DNA of 64,000 bases from an uncultured Gammaproteobacteria bacterium (lineage in GTDB: Bacteria > Pseudomonadota > Gammaproteobacteria > CAWCPV01): contig CAWCPV010000014.1 in NCBI GenBank assembly GCA_963797555.1, forward strand, positions 448,001 through 512,000. The letters are read 5' to 3'. Position numbers and translations under genes: made by a program. The notes beneath the pieces are model-generated. The model had not been told where the DNA came from. It saw nothing but the letters and a program-made list of their open reading frames with translations, and ran no database searches. Of the stretch, positions 1 through 12,032 are shown one piece after another (positions within the stretch are counted from its first letter, which is position 1; each line of letters starts with the position of its first letter).

Positions 1-336
1 CGCAGTATTCTCGCTCATATGTCGCGCCCCCCGCGAGAAAGAGTAGCCAGGTGAGGCCAGCCAGTCAATGCGCGCCTCGGGGCTAGTCGGAGAGTCCAGG
101 GGCAGGTCGGTAGGCAGACAGGGCGGAATAGCCTCTGGGGCAGAGTCGGGCACGACCCATGGGCGATAAGGCGCCGACCGAGTCTCAGGCACACAAACCT
201 CTCGGTGGGTCGCTAAGAGCCCGGATGTGTGTCTGCGAGCGCCCATCCTCGAAGATTGGGTAACCGCCCGGCCCCGAACCGGAACCAGCACCCGCAGTGG
301 CCGTCCGTCCGGAGCGGCTGGACTTCGAGGCCAACA

Positions 337-470
337 TGGTGCCGATCCCGGGCGCCTGCTCCCAGATGGGCAGTCCGACCACCTCCGAGCCGGATCGCGG
401 CACCGACGAGCGTCAGCACTTGGAGTACGTGGAGCCCCTTTCGCATCGGGCCCACCGAGGTGACCCAGTC
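337..470 (+). pseudogene. Fragment of formylglycine-generating enzyme (FGE/SUMF1) domain protein
   Basis: MVPIPGACSQMGSPTTSEPDRGTDERQH then, in a shifted frame, PFRIGPTEVTQ matches the FGE-sulfatase N-terminal pattern MVxIPGGxFxMGS...DE..H...F.IG.TEVT; no continuation. Confidence 0.5.
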
Positions 471-825
471 TCGGGCGGCACGGCCATCTTATGGACCCTC
501 GCGCCACTGCAAACATCGCCGCAAGCGTCCCACATCCCAATATCTCGAATACGCTGGCATACACCATGCTTCTTTTCGCGTGGTTTCGCCAATCGCGTCG
601 CCAATCTTCGGATATTTCGGATCTTTTCACGATTGCGTCGCGGGGCCCAGGCTCCATAGGGTACACTTTATTACTTTTCCAGTACTGTCGTCCGTGGCAA
701 TGATCCTCAGCTTCCGCGACGCGCCACTCGCCCTGGGCGGGCCTCGCCTCCCGCATGCCTGGAAGCAGTGCGCATCCGGACTGGTCCGGCTGTAGAACCC
801 CCAGTCGGATACATGTGGAGCCCCG

Positions 826-1461
826 ATGAGCCTTGAACTGGACCCGACCGAAATCAGAGTCCTCGGTTCCCTCGTCGAAAAGGATTTGACCACACCAGAT
901 TACTACCCGCTGACCGTGGCCGCGGTTACCGCGGCGTGCAACCAGAAGTCGAACCGCGATCCGGTGATGAGCCTGAGCGAGCACCAAGTGATGGACGCAC
1001 TGGAGTCGCTCGGTCGCAAGAACCTGGCGCGGGAGAAGGGAGGGGCCGGCGGCCGGGTGCCTCGCTACGCGCACAAGTTGGCAGGTACCCCGACGGCGAC
1101 CTACGACTTTTCACGGCTCGATCTGGGAGTGCTCGCCGTATTGCTGCTCCGCGGACCTCAGACGCCCGGCGAGATCCGGGCTCGGGCGCCGCGGACCTGC
1201 GAGTTCCAGAGCCTGGACGAAGTCGAGGCGACCCTCAAGGCTCTGGCCACCAAGCCGAACGGGCCGTTCGTCGTCGAGCTGCCTCGCGAGCCGGGCCGAC
1301 GCGAGTGCCGCTACGCGCATCTGTTCGCGCCCCCGCCGGAGGCCGCCGCCACGGGTGGACAGGAGGAACCGGGATTGGCGGACCGGGTAGCCGCGCTGGA
1401 GGAGCGCCTGGCCGGGCTCGCGGCCGAGCTGGCCGCACTGCGGGAAGCGCTGGGCCGCTAG
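826..1461 (+). CDS. DUF480 / YceH family protein
   Basis: EIRVLGSLVEK..TTPDYYPLT...ACNQKSNRDPVM and LLLRGPQTPGE...REPGRRE.RY.HL motifs; RBS GGAG. Confidence 0.9.
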   Translation: MSLELDPTEIRVLGSLVEKDLTTPDYYPLTVAAVTAACNQKSNRDPVMSLSEHQVMDALESLGRKNLAREKGGAGGRVPRYAHKLAGTPTATYDFSRLDLGVLAVLLLRGPQTPGEIRARAPRTCEFQSLDEVEATLKALATKPNGPFVVELPREPGRRECRYAHLFAPPPEAAATGGQEEPGLADRVAALEERLAGLAAELAALREALGR

Positions 1462-1589
1462 CGGCCCGTGGGCGAGTGGAGTGCAGATCCCCGAAAAATT
1501 CGGTGGGAGAGTACCGACGGTCTTGACCCACCGACGGCCGGATCTCCTTGGTTCCCGCGCGACTCGCCTTGGCGCGGCGCGGGTTATTG

Positions 1590-1686
1590 CCTGCCGGCGT
1601 ATGGCGCCTTGTTCGAAGGCCATATCGGGCAGGCGACGCTGAAGGAGCTTCGCGAGGCTACCAACAAAGGGGGGGTGCAGCGATGA
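1590..1686 (+). pseudogene. Probable C-terminal remnant of REP-associated tyrosine (IS200-like Y1) transposase
   Basis: AYGALFEGHIGQATLKELREATNKG resembles the recalled RAYT C-terminal pattern YR.LF..H.....L.EIREATNKG. Confidence 0.35.
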
Positions 1687-2045
1687 TGGCGAGCATCATC
1701 CTCGGCGAAGAGCTTGGTCTGTCCGATGTCCCACATGCCCCGTCACTCCGGAGGACCTCGCGACAAACACGGCGGGCAACGCGCGGCTCGTCCGAGAGTG
1801 GCTCAGCGCCCAGACGGGAGGGCTACGTTGAGTTTGATCGAGGAGTGGTTTCGTCTGTCCCCGGAGCAAGCGCTTGCTCTGGGACGCACTGCCTGGCGTG
1901 CCCACGGCATTACGCCTGCGTCCACACTCGCCGTATTCGATGCGGCTGCCCATAGCCCGGCTTCCGGACGCCCCCTTCGGCGCGGCTCAAGACAGGCCCG
2001 CTCTCGGGCCGCTAGCGAGGATTTCTTCACAACCGCTGAGACCAC

Positions 2046-2723
2046 ATGATCTCCGTCATCATCCCGACTTACAACGAGGAGAAGGTGCTCCCCCGCAACC
2101 TGGGGGCACTGCTTGAGCAGCCAGGCGACTACGAGGTGATCGTCGTGGACGGAGGCAGTACGGACCGTACCGCAGAGATCGCCGCGACTCGTCCCCAGGT
2201 GCATTGGCTGACAGCCCCCAAGGGGCGTGCATCCCAGATGAACGCGGGGGCGCGGGTCGCCAGAGGGGAGTGGCTGCTGTTTCTGCACGCCGACACCCTG
2301 CTGCCGCCCGATGCCCTGCTGCGACTCAACCGTATGGAAAAGGACGCCGACTGCCTGGCCGGCGGGTTCCGTCATCGCTTTGCTGACGCGGACTGGCGGC
2401 TGCGACTGATCTCCTGGCTGGACAACCTGCGCTGCCGCCAGACCCGCATCATCTTCGGCGATCAAGCGCTGTTCGTCCGTCGCTGCCTGTTCGAATGCCT
2501 GGGCGGGTTCCCCGACCAGTCTATTCTCGAGGATGTGCGGTTCTGCGAAACGCTGGTCCGCGTCACCAGACCGTTGATCCTGAGGGAGCATGTGGTGACG
2601 GATGCACGCAAGTTCCTCGCCCGCGGGGTGTGGCGCAGCCTCGCGCAGGTGGTCGCGATCCTCACGTCGGTCGGGCTGGGGCGTTCTGTGCCCCATGCGG
2701 AATTCTTCGACGACGTGCGCTGA
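2046..2723 (+). CDS. Glycosyltransferase family 2, TIGR04283-like
   Basis: ISVIIPTYNEE, VVDGGSTD, GRASQMNAGA, LLFLHADT, FGDQALFV, LEDV motifs. Confidence 0.88.
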   Translation: MISVIIPTYNEEKVLPRNLGALLEQPGDYEVIVVDGGSTDRTAEIAATRPQVHWLTAPKGRASQMNAGARVARGEWLLFLHADTLLPPDALLRLNRMEKDADCLAGGFRHRFADADWRLRLISWLDNLRCRQTRIIFGDQALFVRRCLFECLGGFPDQSILEDVRFCETLVRVTRPLILREHVVTDARKFLARGVWRSLAQVVAILTSVGLGRSVPHAEFFDDVR

Positions 2724-3080
2724 CTTCCCGCAGGCCCAGCTCGAATGATCCTGGCGCCAAGGCGACGGGGCAGAGCGGGGAGCTTATTTAGTGATGCCGT
2801 AGGTGTCGCATGGCGGTTCCCGCCCATGCAGAACCAGGTTCGTCAGCGGCGGACTGACCGCCCCCCTTTGGGGCGTGCCCCGGGGTCCGCTCCTCCAGCG
2901 TCGCGTCCGGCATCTGCACCGAAGCACCCGTTACGGTCTGGTGCATAGGACCTGGCGAGGGGCTTCGGTACCGGCATCGTCGAGCGCATCCGGAAGGCCA
3001 CCCGAAGAGAGCACGAGATCACGCGCAGGCCATTCTCCCGCAGGGCATCGGAGTCAAACAAAAATCTTCACCCCGGGAAG

Positions 3081-4121
3081 TCAGGCGTGCGGAGCGGCAT
3101 CCTCCGGCACGACGTCGACCTGTTTCCGCTCCGCGCCCCTGAGGAGGGTCAGACCGACGGGATTTCCCACCGGCCACTCGGCGAGGAAACGGTGCAGGTC
3201 GTCGACGCTGCCGACCGGCCGGTCGTGGACACCGACGATCAAGTCGCCTGCCCGAAGTCCGGCGCGTACGGCAGGTCCCTTGCCATCGACGGACACGACC
3301 TCCACCGCGTCGTCGGTCGAGAGGCTGTAGAAGCGCACCAGGCGCCGATCGAGACGACGTTGCCGGCCCGCCAGACCCAGATAGCCCCGCTGCACCTTGC
3401 CGCGGGTCAGGATCTGAGTCAGCACCCAGCGCGCGGTGTTGGCGGGGATGGAGAAGCCAATGCCCTGGGCCATCGCGATGATGGCGGTGTTGACGCCGAC
3501 CACGTGTCCCCGGGAATCCACCAGCGGACCTCCCGAGTTACCGGGGTTAAGTGGGGCAGTGTGCTGGATGACGTTCTCGATGAGTCGGCCGTCTTGCCCG
3601 CGCAGCGAGCGGCCGAGGGCGCTGACCACCCCTGTAGAAACGGTCGACTGGAACCCGAGCGGGTTGCCGATGGCGATCACCAGTTGCCCGGCTCTGAGCT
3701 TCCCCGAATCGCCCAGCGCCGCGTAGGACAATCCGGAGGCATGCGCTTGGAGCACCGCGAGATCCGTGGGAACATCCTCCCCCACGAGGGTCGCTTCGGC
3801 GCTGCGCCCATCGGTGAACACGACGGTCAGTGCCTTGGCTCCGTGGGCCACGTGACTGTTGGTGAGCAGATACCCATCGGGCGTCAGGACCACGCCGGAG
3901 CCAGCGCCGTTGCGTTCCCCCCGAACAGATGCATGTCCGACGTTGACGCTAACGACCGCCGCACCGACCGCCTCGACCACGGTGGTAACGGCCCGGGAGT
4001 ACGCATCCAGCAGCGCGACGTTATCCGCTTCGTGGACGCCGACCTCGCAGCGGCCACGGGCGTCCTCCTCGGGGTGTGGGTTGTCGATGAAGCTCAGAGT
4101 CCGATTGGCCGGGGCGTCCAT
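3081..4121 (-). CDS. HtrA/DegP-like trypsin serine protease with PDZ domain
   Basis: GSGVVLTPDGYLLTNSHV, TDLAVL, LNPGNSGGPL triad motifs; C-terminal PDZ; start set at MDAPANR. Confidence 0.9.
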   Translation of the reverse strand: MDAPANRTLSFIDNPHPEEDARGRCEVGVHEADNVALLDAYSRAVTTVVEAVGAAVVSVNVGHASVRGERNGAGSGVVLTPDGYLLTNSHVAHGAKALTVVFTDGRSAEATLVGEDVPTDLAVLQAHASGLSYAALGDSGKLRAGQLVIAIGNPLGFQSTVSTGVVSALGRSLRGQDGRLIENVIQHTAPLNPGNSGGPLVDSRGHVVGVNTAIIAMAQGIGFSIPANTARWVLTQILTRGKVQRGYLGLAGRQRRLDRRLVRFYSLSTDDAVEVVSVDGKGPAVRAGLRAGDLIVGVHDRPVGSVDDLHRFLAEWPVGNPVGLTLLRGAERKQVDVVPEDAAPHA

Positions 4122-4393
4122 GGGAAAAACCCGTCGATGACCGATGCGCCTTGAAGTGGGGTTCGCGGGAGACGATCTCAATCAGCCCAGGGGCTCGCCT
4201 CCTGAAGGGCGGGCTTGCCAGACTTTGAACCGGATCCACAGAATCTCCCGGGCGGCTCTCGCAGCAGAAGGCGCGGGCCGCGTTATAAAACGCCGCTTGC
4301 AAACTGCCGCCTCACATACCTGCGTGCGAAGGGGATAGGCCCTTCGAGCTATATAGACGCACCGTATGTGTGGGCGATCGAAGTCGCACTGCT

Positions 4394-5431
4394 TCAATCC
4401 CTCCCTGGTCCGGAGCCGTCTGGCCTGATCTTTACGTCGACGGTCATACCGAGGCGCAGCGGTGTCTTTGCCTCGAACGCAATCTTTACCTGAACCACCT
4501 TCAAACCGAGGTTGACTGCGGGATTCCTCGGGCGCACCTTGCGCACCCCCGCATAGTTGGCGATTTCGCGGACGGTCCCCAGGAAAGTCTGGCCGGGGTA
4601 GGCGTTGCACGTCACTTGTGCCGTCTCGCCCTCACGAACTCTTCCGATGTCGGTCTCGTCGACCTCGGCATTGACCCAGACCTTGCCGAGATCGGCTATC
4701 GCAAGAATGGGGATTTCCGGCGTGACGCCCTCGCCCTCGTTTAGGTAGCGTTCGATGACGGTACCCTCGATGGGGGAGCGGATGAGGGTCTTGTCCAGGC
4801 GCGCGCGAGCGTAATCGAGGGTCGCTTCGGCGAGCTGCACTTGGTCGCGGTAGAGCCGCACGGTCTCCGGCTTCGGCCCCTCTTCCAGGAGCCTCTTGCC
4901 TTGCGCAGCCTCGTCGACCGCCGCCTGCGCCGCCTTGAAGGTCGCCTCCGCAGCATCGAGTGTCGCCTGCGAGACCATGCGCCGCTGATGCAGCTCTCGG
5001 TTACGGCGCAGCTCATCGCGAGCTTCTTCCATGCGCGCAGTCGCGCCCTGGAGGCGGGCGCGCGCCTCCAGAATTTCCTCCTTGCGCGCGCCGGATTCCA
5101 GCTCCGTGAGTCGTGCCCGGGCCACCGTCAGCTCCTGTTCAGCCTGCGTCACCAGCGCTTGCAGGTCCTCGTTCGCGAGCGACGCGACGACCTGATCCCT
5201 GCGGACTTGATCGCGCTCCTTGACGAAGATCCTCGCGATCCTGCCATTCAGCTCGCCGGTGCCGACATCCACGTCGTAGCCCGGCATCGCCTCCACCGTG
5301 CCTTCCGCAGCAACGTAGGCGAGACGCAGCGGCGCGCTGTCATCGGGAGCCGGCGACGAGCGGTGGCTCAGCGACTCGAAGACGATCAGCCCCAGCACCG
5401 CGGCTGCGATTCCAATCCAGACCTTCCTCAT
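4394..5431 (-). CDS. HlyD family efflux periplasmic adaptor (membrane fusion protein)
   Basis: N-terminal TM anchor, lipoyl-like half motifs, long coiled coil, IRSPIEGTV, LRLGMTVDV. Confidence 0.88.
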   Translation of the reverse strand: MRKVWIGIAAAVLGLIVFESLSHRSSPAPDDSAPLRLAYVAAEGTVEAMPGYDVDVGTGELNGRIARIFVKERDQVRRDQVVASLANEDLQALVTQAEQELTVARARLTELESGARKEEILEARARLQGATARMEEARDELRRNRELHQRRMVSQATLDAAEATFKAAQAAVDEAAQGKRLLEEGPKPETVRLYRDQVQLAEATLDYARARLDKTLIRSPIEGTVIERYLNEGEGVTPEIPILAIADLGKVWVNAEVDETDIGRVREGETAQVTCNAYPGQTFLGTVREIANYAGVRKVRPRNPAVNLGLKVVQVKIAFEAKTPLRLGMTVDVKIRPDGSGPGRD

Positions 5432-6114
5432 GCGCGAAGCCTGCCGTCTTCCAGGAGAATCACGCGGTCCGCAAGGTCTTCCGCCTTGGGGTCGTGGCTC
5501 ACGATAGCGACCGCCTTTCCCGTTTCTTCCGCAAGATTGCGAAGCAAGGCGAGGACCTCGTGGCCGGTCCTGGAATCCAGGTTTGCCGTCGGTTCATCGG
5601 CCAGCACGATGGGCGGCTCTCCCGCGAGCGCCCGTGCCAGCGCTGTGCGCTGCTTTTCGCCGCCGCTCAAGTCGCGCGGATATGCGTGCGCCCGGTGCCC
5701 CAGGCCGACGTGCTCCAGCAAGGCCATGGACTGCGCCGCGGCGGCATTCCCGGGTACACCTTTCATACGCAGAACGACCTCTACATTTTCCCGGGCCGTC
5801 AGCGAGCTGAACAGATTGAATGCCTGGAACACGAAGCCAAAATAGCGCCGCCGGACGTTGGGCAGCGCATCCTCGCCCAGATCGCTCACGACCGTTCCGC
5901 CAACGATCACGCGGCCGGCCGTGGGACGCAGGATGCAGCCCATTAGCGAGAGCAGCGTGGTCTTCCCCGAGCCCGATGGCCCCATGATCAGGAGCACCTG
6001 CCCCGGATGCAGCGCCAACGTCGCTCCGTCGAGCGCCACGACGCGGCTGGCCCCTTCACCGTAGACTTTGCTGACCGCTAGCGTTTCCAGAATCGCGGGC
6101 GGCGCGGCATTCAT
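5428..6114 (-). CDS. ABC transporter ATP-binding protein (LolD/MacB-type)
   Basis: Walker A GPSGSGKTT, LSGGEKQR, LADEPTANLD, VSHD; ATG overlaps the permease stop (ATGA). Confidence 0.92.
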   Translation of the reverse strand: MNAAPPAILETLAVSKVYGEGASRVVALDGATLALHPGQVLLIMGPSGSGKTTLLSLMGCILRPTAGRVIVGGTVVSDLGEDALPNVRRRYFGFVFQAFNLFSSLTARENVEVVLRMKGVPGNAAAAQSMALLEHVGLGHRAHAYPRDLSGGEKQRTALARALAGEPPIVLADEPTANLDSRTGHEVLALLRNLAEETGKAVAIVSHDPKAEDLADRVILLEDGRLRA

Positions 6115-7270
6115 TCCCGGAACACCATCACCGGGTCCAGGGTCTTGGCCTTGCGCACCGATATCCAGGCGGCGCCCAGGCAGGTGGCGACCACGACGAC
6201 GAACAACGCCGCGAACAAAGGCCACGGTGCCTGCATGGGCACCCCAGCCCCGATGATTGCACCGCGCATGAGGAGGGTCAGGACGACCCCGATGGCGAAT
6301 CCCAGTACCGCGCTGGTGGCAGCCTGGCTGAGGATGATGAGATTGATGTCGCGGTTGCGCGCGCCCATGGCCTTGAGCGTGCCGTAATCGCGCAGGTGCT
6401 CCATGGTGCCGGCATAAATCGTCTGACCGACGATGGCGCCGCCGATGAGCACCGCGAGGATGGCGGTGAGAAAGAATGCCATACCCATGCCGGTCTGCAC
6501 GGTCCAGTACTTTACAGCACGGTTGATGAATTCCTGGCGCGTGTAGACATCGTTGTCGGGTAGTTCGATGCGGAGCGTCCTGACCACTTCCTGCAGGGTG
6601 CCGGGATCTTTGAGCTTGGCGACGATGAAGGACGTTCTCGCCCTCGAAGGCCGTACCCGCGAGGCTTCGCTCGACCTCGTTGTAGGAAGTGAATACCACC
6701 GGGATAGTGGTAAAGCTCACCACACCGTTCGACAAGCCTACCAGTTTGAAGGACTGCTCCTTGAATAGGTTGAGCTCCCACAGGGAGCCGATGGTCAGGT
6801 CGCCGAGGCGTTGCCTGACGCTGGTGTCCATGATCATGTAGCGACCGCCCTTGACCTCCGCGGGCGCGCCCAGCGCCATCGACCAGGGGCCGCCGACCCC
6901 GGTGTCGGGATCGAATCCTATCACCTCGGCCTGTTCACGGCGTCCATCGTGCAATTTGAGAAATCCGAACCACAACGTGGATCTTTTCGGCCCACCGCAC
7001 CTGCTCCAGGGCGCGCACGCGGTCGATGCGGTAGGCGGGGAAGGGCTGAGAGAAATCGAAGTTGGGGACGTTCTTGGACATTATCCAGATGTCGGCATCC
7101 GTGTGGCGCACCACGCCGGTGGCATTGCCCATCATGCCGATATAGATAGCCGCCTCCATCAGGGCCAAGACGGTAGAAAAGACGATGCCGACCAGGGTGA
7201 TGATCAATCTGCCCCGTTCCTGAAACAGCGTCTTGAATGCCAGCCACAGCATCGGTGCGGCGTTCGTCAT
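6111..7270 (-). CDS. ABC transporter permease (FtsX/MacB-type), frameshifted near 6975 and 6630
   Basis: Three consecutive frames join into one permease (LFQERGRLIITLVGIVF...; IGFDPDTGVGGPW; EHLRDYGTLKAMGA...LDPVMVFRE). Confidence 0.8.
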
Positions 7271-10200
7271 AGGCTAGCTAGGGGACAGTCGTCTCACAAT
7301 CGACGCTACGCGCGACTAAGGTCGGCTGCGGGGATAACTGTGTCAGCCGTGATGATAATTGTACGACTCACCTGCTCGCGCGAAGCCATGCCCTGGATTC
7401 GGTCCGGAAGTGTCCCAGGCACTCAGTCTGTGATGAGGGCCGGGCCGCGGGCAATGCGGTCAAGACAGCGGTCGTCGACTGCCGGGGGCACGCGACTTGT
7501 TCAATTGAGGACCCTCGCACAGCTCCTCGATCCTGACGCGGGACTTCGGTCCGACCAGCCTCGGGCGGCTAGTCGCCTGCGTGCTCGGCGTGCATGGGAT
7601 GGCCTCTGGCCTGTTGAGGAATCATCAGTCTGCGTGCCGGCCTCAAAGGTCGGTTCACGACCCAAGGGCGATATTCGAGGACTCTGGGACGCCGCGTATT
7701 CCTCAGCCACGCCACCAGGCGGCGCTCAAGCTACGCCACTCGTTCCATAAAGTCCCCCAGAGGACTCCTCAGTGCACTCGCCGCAGCAACGAGCACGCTC
7801 TTCAGGGTGCCGCTCCCGTGCTCGACTGCATCTAGCGTGACGAGCAACGCGGGTACTGATGTGCTCGGAGAGGAAAACTGGAAACGGCCCTGCGCTAGCC
7901 TGCGCCAGGCGTCTGCAAAGCGCCGAGCAACGTGGCGGTTGAAGATCTCTTGACGGCCGAAGCTCGCGTCGCTCACAAGGCCTGAGGCCAGGAAGGCTTG
8001 AAGCTGAAGCGTTGGTGTAGCGGGCAGTGCTCCCAGCAACAGCTTCGCTGCGGCTCCACAGCGCACGGGCGCCGGAGACGCCCTGTCGATGGCGGCTGAT
8101 TGGAGTAGCTCAGCAGGCAGGGAAGCTCCCCTGAGGAACAACCGGATGTTGTTCGTCAGAACAGCGTCTTTACCGAGCAGCCGGTTGCTAGCGTCGAGCC
8201 AGATGTTCAAGTGAGCGAATAAATCTGGGCCAGTGCAAACGATTCCGGCAGTCAGCAAGCCGAACCAGCGTTCGGGGGCAACCGGGAGATTCGGCTCCGG
8301 CCCATCATCTGGCTCCAGCGGGGACCGGGCCCTTGGCTTAACCGACAAGTCAGCCATCGCTGCGTCGAAGGCCAATAGTGCCTCAACGAAATCGGTCCCT
8401 GCGCCACCACCATAAGCGAGAGCGAGTCGTGCCTCCGTCGCGAACCACCGAACGAGGAAGTACCTCGAACGAACCAAGACCTCCAGCTCCTGGGCGAGCC
8501 CAGGCGGGTCCGTCAGGAGCGTCGCGGCGAGTTTCAGAATTCGAGCTCGGGTCATCTCGCTACGCACGGCTTGCCCCGGAACCGGCTCTGAGACTTTCAG
8601 CACCGGCGAGCTGGAGTAGCCTGGCTCGAACTTCGGCTCGGCCTCAGTCGGCTTCCAGAGGTGGTTTTCAATAGTTCTGCAGACCTCAACGCCCGCTCGT
8701 TGCACGGCCTCCCATCGCTCATCACCCTCCGTCGCGGCTTCAGCAGGCAATGACAAGACAGCCTCTGCCAGTAGCCTTGCCGCGGCAGCCTGGTTGCCTC
8801 CGAGCGATATCGCCAGCGCTGCATCCAGCCGAAGCCCGAACTTTGTCAGATCAAAGGAGCCTGGCTGAACCGAGTCGGCGCCAGCGCGGAAAATCTGCTC
8901 TGCTTCGTCCCAACGCTTCAGTCGAGCGGCGCTCATGCCCGCCCATCGATACGCGAACGGATTGAGAAGCGTCTTGCGGACCGGATCGCTGATCAACTGC
9001 CGCCAGATTTCCAGGACACTCTCATCGTCTTGTGTGTGAAAGAGGACATTGGCTCGCTGTTCCATGAGCACGGTGGACGTTCCGAATGACGCCTCGGCCG
9101 AATCGAGCACCGTCAGCGCCTCTTGATCTCGCCCAAGGTATTCGGTCAGGACGATAGCTTTGGCCTTCGCTGCTTCCCGGCCGAATCGAGGCGACGCGCG
9201 TCGCCTGGCATACTCGTCCACGCGTTCAAAGAGCGACAGCCAGGGTCCCCAGTCCCGGGTGCACTCATGCGCGGCCACCCACGCACCCTGCACGAATGCG
9301 CCCAAGGTCTGCACAAGAGGCCATTCCAGCATTGCGTCACACTGCTGCCTAATATCGTCTATCGCCACGTTGTCCAACCACTGCAACAGTTCGTCGAGGC
9401 TCGCCAAGTCGCGAACACTGGGGTTAGCACAGAGAAACATCAGTTGGGCTGTTGTGCCGCTCGCGGGCAATCCTGGTGCTGGATCGCCATTTTTTTCGAA
9501 GAACCGTTCCACGAGATCTGTGTGCATCTCTAAGATCTCTCCCGGCAGCGTGGGGACGCCCGCGATGGCCTCCAGGCGAAATTCGAGCGGCACCTTGGGG
9601 CTCTCCGCAAAGCCAATGGATAACCACATCAGCGCTCGGTTTGCGACCCTGGCGTCTGGATGCGGTATCCGCTCAATGTCGTCTGCCCAACGTGCGCAGA
9701 TTTGAGGCAGGCCGTCTGTGTCCAGCGTCGAGGCCACCCGAAACTGTAAGCTTCGTAGAATTGCCCCGGTCATCGCATCCTCTGCGATGGACTGACCGGG
9801 ATCGAGTGCGATGTACGGGAGCCAGAGAAGTTGCCGTTCGACCTGGCGCCTGGCCTCGTTGCCTTCGATCAGTTGAAGTCGCAGCGCTGTGTGCGCGAGC
9901 CGCCGCGGTTCACCTCCCATGTACGCGTGAAAGAGCAGCGCGGCGGCCTCGGACAGGCCAACGGTGGGCTTGGCCCGGATGGCGTCATGCAGACGAACAT
10001 GCGCCCGCTTGCGCTTTTCCGGCGACCACACCTCGACCGCGGACTCGTTCAACAGCGCTGTAGCCCGATACCGGTCACCGTCGAGCCGCTCAAGCCATTT
10101 GCCCGCGAGGTTGTCCACAACGTCCCCGGCGTTGGTGAGACCATCAACGGTCTCAGCCAATCGAATCGCAACTGATCGGTGCATTGGCACAGAGCATTCG

Positions 10201-10617
10201 GAAGCCAGGTAGACAAACTCAGCCACAGGAGCCGGCACAGATTCGCTGAGTAGCCGTCGAGCCAACCGACGAGCGGAAGTCTCCGCCGACGATGGCGTGA
10301 TCAGGTCAGTTGCACTAGGTCTTGGCCAATCGCGAGCCGCCAGCTCGGCCAACCTAATCTGGACAAGTTTCGGATGGCCTCTCGTCCACGCCGCAACGAG
10401 CGTACCCCAGGACGGAGCGAACTCGATTGGGCAACCGCGCTCAACGCACAAAGCCGCGATCTCGTCGGAGACCAACTCGGGCACATCAAAAACCTCGACA
10501 CTGTTGAAATCCTGCACGACGGCCGAGTCGGTGGAGCCTCCCTGCGCGGTGAACAGGATGCCGCGCCCTGTGGTGCTGGCCCGCAGCAAGACCAGTGCGA
10601 GTGAATCTCGGTAGACC

Positions 10618-12032
10618 CATCCCATTACACACAACTCAAAGGACTTGAGCCTCACGCGCGTAGTGCAGTCCTGCCGCGAAGTCCATGACGCGCGTGAGCC
10701 CTTGCCAGAGGGTTTTCACGCCGGGCTCGCCGTCGCCCTTGCGCCCCAGGAAGCCGCCGAGCCTGGCGATGAGATGCACCACTTGGTTCAGTCGGGGTGG
10801 CGTCTTCGGTGGGCGTTTCTTGTTCAGGAGGAAGGCTGCCTCCCACTCCTCGCGCTCGAACAACCACTCGGCCTCCAAGTCCGGACAGGTGCGCCCCAGG
10901 CGCATCAGCCGGGCGATGCGCCAGGCGACCACCATGAATAGCGCCAGCGCCCGTTCCAGGCGTTCCATGGTGCTGAGCTGCAACGCCTCCACGCGGCAGG
11001 CGTTCTTCAGCACGTGGAAGAAGAGTTCAATCTCCCAGCGGGCGCGATACCAGTCGATGAGCTCGGCCGCCGCCTCCAAGCTGGCGGCCTCACGGTTGGT
11101 GAGCAGGCGCCATTCGACGGGCTTCACGCCTGCTGGCGCGTCCACTTCCCGGGCCACGATGCAGGTGGCCTCCAACCGACCCCCCTTGCCGTCGGAGAGC
11201 TTCACACGCCTCGCCCACACCTGTTGGCAGACTTGCCGCGCTTTTTGTCCGTGGCGCGACGGCATCGTGAAGCGTATCCCGCCCAGGCATTCGCCTCGGG
11301 TCACCTCCTCCCACAGCTTGCCGCCCTCGGGCAGCGCACGGTTGTGCCGGGAGCGGACCAACCAGTCGGCCGGCTGCCCCAGGTCGCGCGCTTTGGCCAT
11401 CAGGGCTACGATGTCAGCCTCCCGGTCGGCTACATACACCAGGCGGGTCTGTGGAAGTTCGGACGCCAGCTCTGCCATGCGCTCATAGCCCTCCACCCAG
11501 CGGGTGCTTTCCAGAACACCTCCCCGAGGGCCTTCGGCGTCCTTCGGCTCGCGTGCCCACATCCACGCATCCAGCACGCCCAAGGGCTCGCGCGCGAGCG
11601 TCACGGCATACGTCGGATGCAGGTACATACCGCGTTGCGCCTCATAGCTCAACGGCCCCAGGCCAGCGATGTCCTGCCCGTTGAAGTCCACCTCCGTGGT
11701 GTCTTGGATGCACAGCACGATTTCGTGCTCCCGCATCCGGGCCGCAGAACACTGCCAGTGCGGCTCCAGGATGTCCCGCCAGTCCATCTCGTCGTGGGCA
11801 AAAAACCGGTAAGCTCCCTGGGTCTCGGCCCAGCCCCCACACGCTCCGGGAATGCTCGCGCTCGGCTTCTCCGCCAGCCGCTCGGCAAGCAACACGGCCC
11901 GCTTGCCCAGCCGCTTGTCGCCCAAATCGATGCCCCTAAATTCCTCCGCCGCCCAGCTCATCCCGACACCCCATCTTGTGACGTTATGTCAGGATGTTAC
12001 ACGATTGTCATCAAGTTGTGTGTAATGGGATG
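10618..12032 (-). mobile_element. IS4 family (IS50/Tn5-like) insertion sequence, copy 1, 1415 bp
   Basis: Terminal IRs CATCCCATTACACACAACT / AGTTGTGTGTAATGGGATG; 9-bp TSD CGGTAGACC at 10609-10617 and 12033-12041. Confidence 0.95.
10636..11961 (-). CDS. IS4 family transposase (Tn5-like DDE)
   Basis: WAAEEF..IDLGDKRL, IQDTTE, VADREAD, YRARWEIELFFHVLK, LGGFLGRKGDGEPG. Confidence 0.95.
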   Translation of the reverse strand: MSWAAEEFRGIDLGDKRLGKRAVLLAERLAEKPSASIPGACGGWAETQGAYRFFAHDEMDWRDILEPHWQCSAARMREHEIVLCIQDTTEVDFNGQDIAGLGPLSYEAQRGMYLHPTYAVTLAREPLGVLDAWMWAREPKDAEGPRGGVLESTRWVEGYERMAELASELPQTRLVYVADREADIVALMAKARDLGQPADWLVRSRHNRALPEGGKLWEEVTRGECLGGIRFTMPSRHGQKARQVCQQVWARRVKLSDGKGGRLEATCIVAREVDAPAGVKPVEWRLLTNREAASLEAAAELIDWYRARWEIELFFHVLKNACRVEALQLSTMERLERALALFMVVAWRIARLMRLGRTCPDLEAEWLFEREEWEAAFLLNKKRPPKTPPRLNQVVHLIARLGGFLGRKGDGEPGVKTLWQGLTRVMDFAAGLHYAREAQVL